Positions 1 to 9,204 of a stretch of 64,000 nucleotides of DNA are shown here, piece by piece. The stretch comes from Archaeoglobi archaeon JdFR-42. Lineage in GTDB: Archaea; Halobacteriota; Archaeoglobi; Archaeoglobales; JdFR-42. Under the pieces are notes generated by a model that was not told the origin of the DNA, did not search any database, and was given only the letters and a program-made list of their open reading frames with translations. Location: positions 69,795 to 133,794 of the forward strand of contig MTND01000018.1 in the NCBI GenBank assembly GCA_002010305.1. Reading direction: 5' to 3'. The position numbers and the translations under genes were made by a program. The first letter of the stretch is position 1. Each line of letters begins with the position of its first letter.

Positions 1-122
1 CTACCATCGATAAAATGCCTCCCCATGTCAATGGGTAACCCACCCCCCACAAGCACGGCAACATTGTTAGGGATATATGCCGGAAGCATGAGCCATATTG
101 CAGATAGAACCAAAGTAAGCAT
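1..122 (-). CDS. carS: CDP-archaeol synthase, N-terminal fragment (gene runs off the window edge)
   Basis: Not in the ORF track because it is truncated. Minus-strand ATG at 122. My translation [40 protein letters not shown] resembles the conserved PAY.PN...GGG.P.D.G N-terminus of CarS/UPF0290. Confidence 0.6.
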   Translation of the reverse strand, partial: MLTLVLSAIWLMLPAYIPNNVAVLVGGGLPIDMGRHFIDG

Positions 123-227
123 CCTACTATGATTCGAAACATATATATAAATCCTTAACCATTTCACTCAAGAAATGAACGACATTTTAATATATTATAA
201 TAAGGTGATAACTTATAGGAGGGTACT

Positions 228-1787
228 ATGGCTCTAAAAACCAATGAAATCATACTCCCATCCAAAACTCGATCTTTGTGCCCGGAGTGCAAAAGCATCA
301 TAGAAGCCAACATATACGAAGAAAATGGAAGGGTAATGATCGATAAAGAATGCAAGGTTCATGGATATTTTAAAGACGTTTACTGGGGTGACGTGGGACT
401 TTTCAAGAAGGCTAGCCGTTTTCAGGCAAAAGGTAAGAAGTTATTGAACCCAAACATAGAGAAAGAGAATCCTGTCTGTCCCACTGATTGCGGGTTGTGC
501 AGAACTCATCTCAACCATTCAGCATTAACAAACATAGTGTTGACCAACAGATGCGATTTGTCATGCTGGTACTGCTTTTTTTACGCAAAAAAAGCTGGTT
601 ATATTTACGAGCCAACCATAGAGCAAATTAGACAGATGGTTAGACTCATTAAAAGCGAAAAGCCTGTCCCTGGAAATGCCGTACAGCTAACTGGAGGGGA
701 GCCAACACTCAGAGAAGATCTTATAGACATCATAAAAATGATAAAGGAGGAGGGAATTGACCATATTCAGCTCAATACAAATGGAATTAGGATTTCTCAA
801 GATCTCGAATTTACAAAAAAAGTTAGAGAGGCTGGGGTTAACACTCTATATCTGAGTTTTGATGGCACCACTTCCGAGACCAATAAGAAAAACCACTGGG
901 AGATACCGGGAGTGCTGGAAAACTGCAGAAAAGCCAATCTGGGAATTGTCCTTGTTCCCACGATTCTCAATACCGTTAATGATCATGAAGCGGGTAACAT
1001 TATCCGTTTTGGATTTGAAAACATCGATATAATTCGATCAGTAAATTTCCAGCCGGTCTCTCTGGTTGGGAGAATGACCAAGAAAGAGAGGGAGAAATTC
1101 AGGATCACCATCCCTGATCTGATAAAAAGAATCGAGGACCAGATGGATGGGGAAATAGGAAGGGAGGATTTTTACCCGGTACCGTGTGTAAGCCCCATAA
1201 CCCAGTTTGTAGAGGCGGTGACTGGTAGACCGCAGTATGAACTCTCTATACACTTCGCATGTGGCATGGCCACCTATGTATTCAAAGAAGGAGACAGACT
1301 GATACCCATAACTCGGTTCGTTGATGTTGAAGGACTTTTTGAATTTCTTAGAGAAGCTTCAGAGGAGATTAAAAAGGGACGAAGCAGGTTCATTGTAGGG
1401 GCAAAACTTTTACTGAATCTAAGAAAATTCATAGACAAAGACAAACAACCGGGAGAATTCAACTTCGCGAAAATAATCTACGATGTGCTTATCAAACATG
1501 ACTACCACTCTCTCGGACAGTTCCATCTCAAAAGCTTATTCATCGGAATGATGCATTTCCAGGATCTCTACAACTATGACATTAACAGGGTGATGAGATG
1601 CGATATACACTATGCCACCCCTGACGGAAGAATCATACCTTTCTGTGCTTTTAATGTGATACCCGAATGGTACCGTGATAAAATCCAGACAGAATATGGA
1701 ATCCCAATTGAAGAATGGGAAAAACAGACTGGTAGGAGTTTGAAAGATGACTTTTACATCAGGAAGAAGGTAACTGCCCGTATGTAG
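228..1787 (+). CDS. Radical SAM enzyme with N-terminal Zn-ribbon, MJ0619-like family (as I recall, the family containing archaeal tetraether lipid synthase Tes/GDGT-MAS)
   Basis: CPEC...C..H Zn-ribbon at the N-terminus. CDLSCWYC is a CxxxCxxC radical SAM triad. GGEPTL motif present. 519 aa. GGAGGG at 218-223 lies just upstream of the ATG. Confidence 0.7.
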   Translation: MALKTNEIILPSKTRSLCPECKSIIEANIYEENGRVMIDKECKVHGYFKDVYWGDVGLFKKASRFQAKGKKLLNPNIEKENPVCPTDCGLCRTHLNHSALTNIVLTNRCDLSCWYCFFYAKKAGYIYEPTIEQIRQMVRLIKSEKPVPGNAVQLTGGEPTLREDLIDIIKMIKEEGIDHIQLNTNGIRISQDLEFTKKVREAGVNTLYLSFDGTTSETNKKNHWEIPGVLENCRKANLGIVLVPTILNTVNDHEAGNIIRFGFENIDIIRSVNFQPVSLVGRMTKKEREKFRITIPDLIKRIEDQMDGEIGREDFYPVPCVSPITQFVEAVTGRPQYELSIHFACGMATYVFKEGDRLIPITRFVDVEGLFEFLREASEEIKKGRSRFIVGAKLLLNLRKFIDKDKQPGEFNFAKIIYDVLIKHDYHSLGQFHLKSLFIGMMHFQDLYNYDINRVMRCDIHYATPDGRIIPFCAFNVIPEWYRDKIQTEYGIPIEEWEKQTGRSLKDDFYIRKKVTARM

Positions 1788-1908
1788 ATTCTCCAATCTC
1801 CATTTTTTCTAATGTACCTGTTTCAATTCTTCGAGTGTATTTTCGGATTGAAATCAAAATATGGTAAATATTAAATAAACCCTCTCCATTCCGAATCTGG
1901 GTGACAGG

Positions 1909-2430
1909 TTGAAGATCAGGCCTACAATAATCATATACACTGGAAGTGGGAAGGGTAAGACGACAGCATCTCTCGGACTCGCTTTCCGATCTTTCGGTCA
2001 TGATATGAAGGTAGTAGTAATACAGTTTCTTAAAGGCATGAAAGAGGTGGGAGAATTTAAAGCAGCCAGACTGCTCCCAGAAAATTTTAAGATATACCAA
2101 TTTGGAAGTGGAAAGTTTTTTAAACCTGGAGATCGCCCTCGTAAAGATGTTAGATTTTCAAAAAAAGGTTTAGAATTCGCTAAAAAGTTGATTACAGAGG
2201 ATAGAGTTGATGTTCTGGTGTTGGATGAAATAAACGTGGCTATCTCCTTGGGTTTGCTTGATGAGGAGGATGTACTTAATTTCCTCAACTCTATAGATCG
2301 CGATATCATCGTTGTATTGACTGGTCGAAATGCCCCAAGAAGAATAATCGACATTGCAGATATCGCCACAGAAATGGTTGAACTCAAATACATGATGGAT
2401 AAAAAACCAAGAAAAGGTGTCGAAATCTAA
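1909..2430 (+). CDS. cobO: Cob(I)yrinic acid a,c-diamide adenosyltransferase (CobO/BtuR family)
   Basis: IIIYTGSGKGKTTASLGLAFRSFGH...VVVIQFLKG P-loop signature typical of the CobA/CobO/BtuR family. TTG start with GGGTGA 4 nt upstream. Confidence 0.75.
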   Translation: MKIRPTIIIYTGSGKGKTTASLGLAFRSFGHDMKVVVIQFLKGMKEVGEFKAARLLPENFKIYQFGSGKFFKPGDRPRKDVRFSKKGLEFAKKLITEDRVDVLVLDEINVAISLGLLDEEDVLNFLNSIDRDIIVVLTGRNAPRRIIDIADIATEMVELKYMMDKKPRKGVEI

Positions 2431-2548
2431 CCTGTAACTCAATTTCTTGAAATAAGCAAAGATTTGTGATGTCAAGCATATCTGCCTATCTTCTTGAAGA
2501 TATATATCTAGAGATACAGTTTTATCTTTTCGCAGCATGGAATAAAGT

Positions 2549-3928
2549 ATGAAATTCAGAAAAGAAGAGGATTTTCTTGGAGAAGTTAAAATACCTTCCC
2601 ATGCTTATTATGGGGTCCAGACAGCAAGAGCTATGGAGAGCTTTTCGATTTCCGGATTGTGGTTCCCAAGAGAATTCATTCGCAGCCAAGGAATAGTAAA
2701 AAAGGCTGCCGCTATAGCCAATATGAAGTTAGGGAAACTAGAAAAGACTATAGGAAATGCAATTATACAGGCTTGTGACGATGTTATTGAAGGGAAACTG
2801 GATGATCAGTTTCCTCTCGATGTATTTCAGGCTGGTGCCGGAACTTCTCAGAATATGAATGTAAATGAGGTGATAGCTAATCGGGCTATTGAAATCCTTG
2901 GAGGCGATAAAGGAGATTATAGCCTTATCCACCCTAATGACCATGTTAATATGAGCCAGAGCACCAATGATACCTTTCATGTAGCCATGAATATTACGAT
3001 TTTTGAAAGCCTCTATAACAAGCTGTTTCCTGCATGTGAAAGACTCATCCATGTCTTTTCATCAAAAGCAAAGGAATTCTCAAAGGATATAAAAACCGGG
3101 CGAACTCATCTGATGGATGCTGTACCGATTACCCTCGGACAGGAATTCTCTGGATACGCTGCCACATTGCAAGAAAACTACAGAAATCTACGAATTTCGT
3201 CTAATTCACTTTTAGAGCTTAATTTCGGAGGTACTGCCGTAGGGACAGGATTAAATGCTCCAAAGGAATTTTCAGAAATAGCCATTCGTGAGATCAACCA
3301 TATGACTGGACTGGACTTTAAAAAGGCAGATAACTTCTTCAAAGTAACACAGAATACTCTTGGAGCTATGCGGGTTAGTTCTGGCCTGAGAGAGATCGCA
3401 CTGAGTCTGATAAAAATCTCCAACGATATAAGACTCCTTGCATCAGGTCCAAGAACGGGTATAGGGGAGATAACTCTTCCAGAAGTCCAGCCTGGCTCGT
3501 CTATAATGCCAGGAAAGATAAATCCAGTAATAGCGGAGATGGTTAACATGGTGTGTTTTCAAGTATGCGGAAATGATACTGCTGTATCTATGGCATATCA
3601 GTCAGCTCAGCTGGAATTGAACGTTTTTATGCCTGTTATTGCCCATGACATCCTCTTTTCTATTCACATCCTATCCAAAGCCATAGACACTCTCAATGAG
3701 AAATGTATATCTGGAATACAGGCCAATTCTGAAAGATGTCGTGAACTCGCTGAGAAGAGTCTATCTCTCGTGACAATCCTTTCTCCTTATATAGGATACC
3801 ATAAAGCTGCAGAAATAGCAAGAAGGGCATATATAACTGGCAAAACCATTAAAGAGGTTCTCGTAGAAGATGGAGTTATGAATTCTGAAAAGGCAGAAAA
3901 ACTCCTCGACCCATATAGTATGGTATAG
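2549..3928 (+). CDS. aspA: Aspartate ammonia-lyase (class II fumarase/aspartase family)
   Basis: GSSIMPGKINP lyase-1 signature. The N-terminus EEDFLGEVKIPSHAYYGVQTARAMESFSISG resembles AspA more than FumC. Confidence 0.8.
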   Translation: MKFRKEEDFLGEVKIPSHAYYGVQTARAMESFSISGLWFPREFIRSQGIVKKAAAIANMKLGKLEKTIGNAIIQACDDVIEGKLDDQFPLDVFQAGAGTSQNMNVNEVIANRAIEILGGDKGDYSLIHPNDHVNMSQSTNDTFHVAMNITIFESLYNKLFPACERLIHVFSSKAKEFSKDIKTGRTHLMDAVPITLGQEFSGYAATLQENYRNLRISSNSLLELNFGGTAVGTGLNAPKEFSEIAIREINHMTGLDFKKADNFFKVTQNTLGAMRVSSGLREIALSLIKISNDIRLLASGPRTGIGEITLPEVQPGSSIMPGKINPVIAEMVNMVCFQVCGNDTAVSMAYQSAQLELNVFMPVIAHDILFSIHILSKAIDTLNEKCISGIQANSERCRELAEKSLSLVTILSPYIGYHKAAEIARRAYITGKTIKEVLVEDGVMNSEKAEKLLDPYSMV

Positions 3929-3930
3929 GG

Positions 3931-4113
3931 CTACTCCATCTCATTCTGGATTTGGGTCTTCGGAGGGATCTGCCATGCTTGACCTTCCGGTGAAACGATG
4001 ATGCCGCATCCACAATCTTCACATCGATAATACTTGTTGTCCCCCTTATCCGTCCCCAGTAATGTCAACCTTCTATGAGGGCATTCAACCTTCATTACAA
4101 GTAATGATGGCAT
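3931..4113 (-). CDS. Small Zn-ribbon protein (hypothetical)
   Basis: 60 aa with CPH...CEDCGC cysteine/histidine pairs. Fits the gap between flanking genes. Confidence 0.4.
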   Translation of the reverse strand: MPSLLVMKVECPHRRLTLLGTDKGDNKYYRCEDCGCGIIVSPEGQAWQIPPKTQIQNEME

Positions 4114-4150
4114 TAACCTATAAATAACTGCATGGTCATTTATCAGTGAT

Positions 4151-4993
4151 ATGGATATTGAAAATCAGCTCATTTCAGAGATTAAAAGATGGAAACAACG
4201 ACTAGAAATACGGATGAGCAATGTACTTGAAAAAGAGATACATGGAATGGATTTCATAAAGAATATCCAGGCCTATCTCGCAGACACAGATTATTTTATG
4301 AATAAGAAGGACCTTATAAGGGCTTTCGAATGCGTGATCTGGGCATGGGCATGGTATGAAATTGGTGAAGAGCATAGTCTTCTGAAACACAATGGCAAAG
4401 TCCAAAAACGGTGGAGATCATTCAAACGAGAGGCATATGATAAATACCGCAATGCAGTCAATTCTGGAAAGGTTGATAAAGGGATAATCCCGATTCTGGA
4501 TGGATTTAATAGGTATCCTGAATTCGTAACTCTTTCAAGTTGCGAGGGTAGAATAACAGTACTGGACGTTGAAAAATTTGGAGATAAACACGGATCGATC
4601 CTTCTAGGAAAATGGCACTTCCCTGTGTCGTGGGAAGAGGTATATCGCACTCTCCAGCAATGTACCAGAGAAGGATGGTTGCGGGTAGAGGGGCCCATAT
4701 TCCACATCGCTGCAAATTCATTGAGTAAAGCCAAGTTGCTTGTCGAAATGGGGCTTAATGCTGGATTTAAAAGAACATCCATAATAGGTATATCCTCATG
4801 GAAGGCTGTTGTAGAGATCAGCACCACTGAAATTATGGAAGTGCCTCTCGTAAAAAATGGTAGTCTTATTGTCCCTGAATCCTATATTTCTATTGTAGTA
4901 GAACAGGCCAACTTAAAACTGGAAAGGTCGAAAGAAAAATTAAGTCGTTTGGTCAAAGAACTCCATCATTATTGTAATCATGAGAAAGATTAA
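4151..4993 (+). CDS. taw3: tRNA wyosine-derivative methyltransferase Taw3/TYW3 with an N-terminal DUF357-like extension
   Basis: LSSCEGRI (TYW3 S.CSGR-type motif), LGKWHFPV and WLRVEGPIFHIAA in the C-terminal 190 aa. The first ~80 aa (DLIRAFECVIWAWAWYEIGE) resemble the DUF357 helical domain. Confidence 0.65.
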   Translation: MDIENQLISEIKRWKQRLEIRMSNVLEKEIHGMDFIKNIQAYLADTDYFMNKKDLIRAFECVIWAWAWYEIGEEHSLLKHNGKVQKRWRSFKREAYDKYRNAVNSGKVDKGIIPILDGFNRYPEFVTLSSCEGRITVLDVEKFGDKHGSILLGKWHFPVSWEEVYRTLQQCTREGWLRVEGPIFHIAANSLSKAKLLVEMGLNAGFKRTSIIGISSWKAVVEISTTEIMEVPLVKNGSLIVPESYISIVVEQANLKLERSKEKLSRLVKELHHYCNHEKD

Positions 4994-5024
4994 AATACTT
5001 TGGTAACTGAATACATAAAGTACG

Positions 5025-5897
5025 ATGAATACAAAAGGAGAACTCAGTTTAGATGTAGTAATTGGACTCTCAATATTCATGATCGCCTTCATCTTTGTGG
5101 CCCAGTACATCCCATCTATTTTTGTAGTGGAGAATGAGGAACTGAGTTTGTATCCTCTTGCCTACCGGACCTCAGCTATTCTTGCCGAAGATAGTGGGTT
5201 TTGGAACAATGGGAGTGCCAATGGCACAGATTGGGAAAATCACCTCAATGTGGATTTAAGGATAGGATTATCTGGAGGAGGAGCGAACGTTTTGAGTGTA
5301 GAAAAGATAGCAGCCTTTAATGATTTCTACAACAATTATGGATATGAGTCTGTAAGAAGAGCCCTAGGTCTTGAAACACCTACTAGACAGTACGACTATA
5401 ATATCTCACTCCAGCTATTTGCCAGCAATAGCGGGCAGGTGAATTACGCCAGAAACCAATCCGGACCTTTGCTTCTCGTAGGAAATCCAGTCCCAGATAT
5501 AGGAAAAGTAGCAAGATATGAGAGAATAGTGGCCTACGATAACCTGACTGCAATAGCTTCCATTTCCAGCAATATTGGAACCCCAAGCACCACTGTTAAC
5601 ACTTTTAATGTGACTCCCCCCATTGGTGCTTTTATTATTGTGGTGGAAGATAGAAACACTAACCAGACAGCTAGTGAACCCTGGATGAATGTCAAGGTAA
5701 ACGGAAATCTGGTAATAAACGTCTCAGGAAACGCTACCATCACCACTTTCGATATTACGGATTATGTAAACGGATATTCTGAAACAGTGTATGTGTGGAT
5801 ACAGAGCCATAACATCCAAGGATATGTTGTTGTTACGGACGGAGGGGAGTATGTGGGAGGGAGACTTGGTGCCAAGCTCGTCGTTATCCTGTGGTAA
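5025..5897 (+). CDS. Surface protein with archaeal type IV pilin-like (class III) signal peptide
   Basis: The N-terminus MNTKG/ELSLDVVIGLSIFMIAFIFVAQ has a short charged leader, a Gly, then a hydrophobic helix. Many N-x-S/T sequons. First gene of an overlapping six-gene operon. Confidence 0.6.
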   Translation: MNTKGELSLDVVIGLSIFMIAFIFVAQYIPSIFVVENEELSLYPLAYRTSAILAEDSGFWNNGSANGTDWENHLNVDLRIGLSGGGANVLSVEKIAAFNDFYNNYGYESVRRALGLETPTRQYDYNISLQLFASNSGQVNYARNQSGPLLLVGNPVPDIGKVARYERIVAYDNLTAIASISSNIGTPSTTVNTFNVTPPIGAFIIVVEDRNTNQTASEPWMNVKVNGNLVINVSGNATITTFDITDYVNGYSETVYVWIQSHNIQGYVVVTDGGEYVGGRLGAKLVVILW

Positions 5898-6432
5898 CAG
5901 CAGATCAAAGGATAGAGGCCAAGCTTTCACTCTTGAAGGTGTGATAGCAGGAGTTCTTATACTGGTCGTAGCATATTTCCTGTTTCAAAGCACACTGATT
6001 GTATCACCCCTTTCAGGGGATATAGTGGATGTCCAGATCAGGCAATATGGACTGGATGCCCTCAACATCTTGAGTAACCCTCAGTCAGATGCCAATGATA
6101 CTCTTGAAAACTCTATTGCCAAACTCAACAGTTCAGTATATCCCACAGAACTACTTAACAGCTTGGATACCATTCTCCCAGATAACCTGGAATACAATCT
6201 AGAAATAGCCTATTTCAATATTACCACTAATCAGACTGGTATCTATCCAATCACAAATAAAAGCAATCCTCCAGACACAGTTACGGCTACTAAAATTATT
6301 GTTTTGAGAAATGGTCAGCTTGTCTCAGATTCTCCATTTAAAGTACCTGTTAATTACACCGATATTGAGAGTGTCAGCAATAGTGAGTTTCCAGTGGTTC
6401 TGGAGGTGAGACTGATACTATGGCGCATATGA
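5851..6432 (+). CDS. Pilin-like protein with class III signal peptide
   Basis: SKDRG/QAFTLEGVIAGVLILVVAYFLF motif. The track ORF starts at 5791 inside the previous gene. ATG 5851, TTG 5866 and GTG 5869 are all candidate starts, so the start is uncertain. Confidence 0.5.
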   Translation: MWEGDLVPSSSLSCGNSRSKDRGQAFTLEGVIAGVLILVVAYFLFQSTLIVSPLSGDIVDVQIRQYGLDALNILSNPQSDANDTLENSIAKLNSSVYPTELLNSLDTILPDNLEYNLEIAYFNITTNQTGIYPITNKSNPPDTVTATKIIVLRNGQLVSDSPFKVPVNYTDIESVSNSEFPVVLEVRLILWRI

Positions 6433-6854
6433 AATCTATGAGTACCAAGAAATTCACAGATGATGAAAATGGGCAAATCCTGATAATTATGGCTCTGCTA
6501 ATATCAGTCCTACTTGCTGGTCTATCCCTGTTATATACCCAGAATTTGCTGGCAGGGACCGAATCTGCATTAACTCAGCTTAATTTTCCAAAGAACGAGA
6601 TACGAGATTTAAACAGGATTGTGGAGGAGCAACTGGTATACTATGCAATTAATAACCCTGAGAATTTTCTGACATATGTCAGAGAACTGGATAAGCAGAT
6701 AACAATGATGTATGCCCTCCATGGCGCTTATGCAGATATAGATGTTTACGATGTTAAAACAAACATCAACGGAGATATCACCTCTTTTTCGGTGAAAATC
6801 ATTTTCAGTAACGCGGTGGTAGATTATGAACACACCAGACAGATTGTCATCTGA
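6420..6854 (+). CDS. Pilin-like protein with class III signal peptide
   Basis: DDENG/QILIIMALLISVLLAGLSLLY N-terminus. Overlaps the upstream gene by 13 nt and the downstream gene by 29 nt. Confidence 0.55.
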   Translation: MAHMKSMSTKKFTDDENGQILIIMALLISVLLAGLSLLYTQNLLAGTESALTQLNFPKNEIRDLNRIVEEQLVYYAINNPENFLTYVRELDKQITMMYALHGAYADIDVYDVKTNINGDITSFSVKIIFSNAVVDYEHTRQIVI

Positions 6855-9204
6855 TGAGAGGGGTGTCTCAATAATTCTTGAATACATCCTGATAATCGGA
6901 ATACTGGCAGTTTTCATGGGGGTGATAGTACTTCAGTTAAACGATATTTTTATAGAAACTCCCACAAGGGTAGCAATGAAAAACCAGTTTCAGGACATAG
7001 GTAATCAGATTGCGACCAAGCTGACCGATATATCCTTGATCGCACCCGATAACGGGTACATCAGAGCCAAGGTGTACATGCCATACGCCATAGGAGACTA
7101 CGATTATCGGGCTGAATTCACTTACATTGGGGGGGACTACGTCCTGAAAATTGAATCAGATAAGCTCAATAAGATTGAATACGTCCCTCTGAATAACTTG
7201 GCTCTTCAGATTATCCCTATGGGTTATACAATCAGCCTGAAAAAAGATCACGAACTCATATACACCAGTTCAACCCATCTCAAACCCACGGCTGTAGCTT
7301 TGGCTTATCCCACCAAGGTAGAAGTTGGCACCAACGTTACGTTCGACATGACTTATTCCACTGGAGAAGGAGACATTTGGTATCAGTGGGATTTTGGAGA
7401 TGGAAACTCAGCAAATGGACAGTATGACTCTGACAATCCTTCCAACTCTCTGGAAGATCATTCATATAATGTGGCAGGAAACTACACTGCAACACTGACA
7501 GTCTGGGATGCTCTTGGATATTCCGATACAGACTCGATCAATATAACAGTCCTACCATCTACTCCTGATCCCTTCCTTCATGCGGATAAATTTGTAACCC
7601 CTGATACAACTGAGCCGAACAACCCTGTTAGAATAACCCTGTATATCAGAGGTGGAGGGATAGTCTCAACAGCCCGAAATATCAGCGTGATACATGTCAC
7701 AGATGTTTCCGGTAGCATGGATCCAGATTATTATGGAGATAACGGGTATACACTATACACATCCAACAGTGGAACCGCAATTCCATCCAAATGGGAATCT
7801 AACATAACAGTAGACGGCAGTTTTTCAAGTCTTACAGTTATGGCATACTCAAACAATGGCAAAGATGTCGATCTATGGGTTAAATCTCCAGACGGCGATT
7901 TTGCAAGGGCCCAGTATCTTATAACCAACGGAGAGTTGTATTATGTGCAGAATCCTGTCGAGGGGGAATGGACGATCGCTGTGGTAGCGGATTATCCAAC
8001 AGACAGCGATACAGTCAATGTGGATGTAGAGAAGAACGGCTATTTCTGGGGATGGTGGTATATCTCAGGAACCCTTGTATCATCTTCAAGCTTCGTTCTT
8101 AATGGAAATGCCACCACGTTCAATCTCCAAATTCCATCTGTAGAGAATCTGAAAATTGAGGCCACTCCGGTGAACGGTAGCAAGGTACTTCACCTGTGGG
8201 TAGAGAAAGGCGCAACTCGTTATGGGCCTTACTCAGGCGCTTACGAAGAATCCAATGGTGGAGGGAATTATACAGCTTACGTTGTGGCTGATTTCCCCTA
8301 TGGAACTCAGGACTTTTACCTCTACACATCTATAGCCAAAATCGACGCTGCAAAGATCACAGCTAAAACCTTTAACGGATTTTTGAGGGGGAGCGATCAG
8401 GTTGGTGTAGTCTCGTTTGGTGGAACGGGAGGTAGTGGCAGGACGCCTAGAATAACTTTAGACCAGCCTCTGACCAATGATACCAATCAGGCAAATTCAA
8501 GTATAGATGGCCTGTGGGCTTATGGTGGAACCCCACTTGGAGGAGGTATAAAAACTGCCAGGGAAGAACTTGTTGCCAACACAACAGCAGGAAACATTCC
8601 CGTGATGATTATTCTGTCAGATGGAAACCCCACTATTACCTCCAGTGGGCAACCTTCTGAAACTTTGGCCATTCAGGAAGCTCTTGACGAAGCAAATGTC
8701 ACCAAACAGACAACTATCAACAATGAATCCATACTCATATACACCATTGGATTTGGACCAGATGCTAACGCAACATTATTGAAAGAGATAGCAAGTTCAC
8801 CCAATAATTACTATTTTGCTGCTACTTCTGAAGAGTTACAAAGCATATATGAACAGATTGCTAGAGAGTTAAGAGAGAAGGCTGCTCAGAATGTTACTGT
8901 AACAGATGTGCTTCCACCCGATGTAATACTTTCTGAGACACCTTCTGGAGCAAATGTCACCTACAGCAACGGGACGACTATAATTAGATGGGAAATACCA
9001 TCTATCCGGATTAACGAAACATGGACTGTGAGTTTTCTTGTCACTCCAACTTCAGCATCAGTAACAGAAACAAATGTCCCAAATGCGTCCAATGTAACTT
9101 TTCTACCTTTTCCTTTTGTAGGAGTGAACTTCACCACAATATACTTACCCCCTGGAGAGATTAACGTGACAAGCCTAGGAGCCAAAAAGGTTGAGCTACA
9201 ATGA
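6826..9204 (+). CDS. Large pilin-like adhesin candidate: class III signal peptide, PKD domain, and a vWA domain carrying an inserted beta-sandwich pair
   Basis: DERG/VSIILEYILIIGILAVFMGVIVL N-terminus. PKD signature WDFGDGNSANG...HSYNVAGNYTATLTVWD. vWA MIDAS DVSGSM at 7702-7719. The rest of the vWA fold follows later (KIDAAKITAKTF...VGVVSFGG...GGTPLGGGI...ILSDGNPT...IYTIGFG). The C-terminus is dense in N-x-S/T sequons. Confidence 0.7.
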   Translation: MNTPDRLSSDERGVSIILEYILIIGILAVFMGVIVLQLNDIFIETPTRVAMKNQFQDIGNQIATKLTDISLIAPDNGYIRAKVYMPYAIGDYDYRAEFTYIGGDYVLKIESDKLNKIEYVPLNNLALQIIPMGYTISLKKDHELIYTSSTHLKPTAVALAYPTKVEVGTNVTFDMTYSTGEGDIWYQWDFGDGNSANGQYDSDNPSNSLEDHSYNVAGNYTATLTVWDALGYSDTDSINITVLPSTPDPFLHADKFVTPDTTEPNNPVRITLYIRGGGIVSTARNISVIHVTDVSGSMDPDYYGDNGYTLYTSNSGTAIPSKWESNITVDGSFSSLTVMAYSNNGKDVDLWVKSPDGDFARAQYLITNGELYYVQNPVEGEWTIAVVADYPTDSDTVNVDVEKNGYFWGWWYISGTLVSSSSFVLNGNATTFNLQIPSVENLKIEATPVNGSKVLHLWVEKGATRYGPYSGAYEESNGGGNYTAYVVADFPYGTQDFYLYTSIAKIDAAKITAKTFNGFLRGSDQVGVVSFGGTGGSGRTPRITLDQPLTNDTNQANSSIDGLWAYGGTPLGGGIKTAREELVANTTAGNIPVMIILSDGNPTITSSGQPSETLAIQEALDEANVTKQTTINNESILIYTIGFGPDANATLLKEIASSPNNYYFAATSEELQSIYEQIARELREKAAQNVTVTDVLPPDVILSETPSGANVTYSNGTTIIRWEIPSIRINETWTVSFLVTPTSASVTETNVPNASNVTFLPFPFVGVNFTTIYLPPGEINVTSLGAKKVELQ

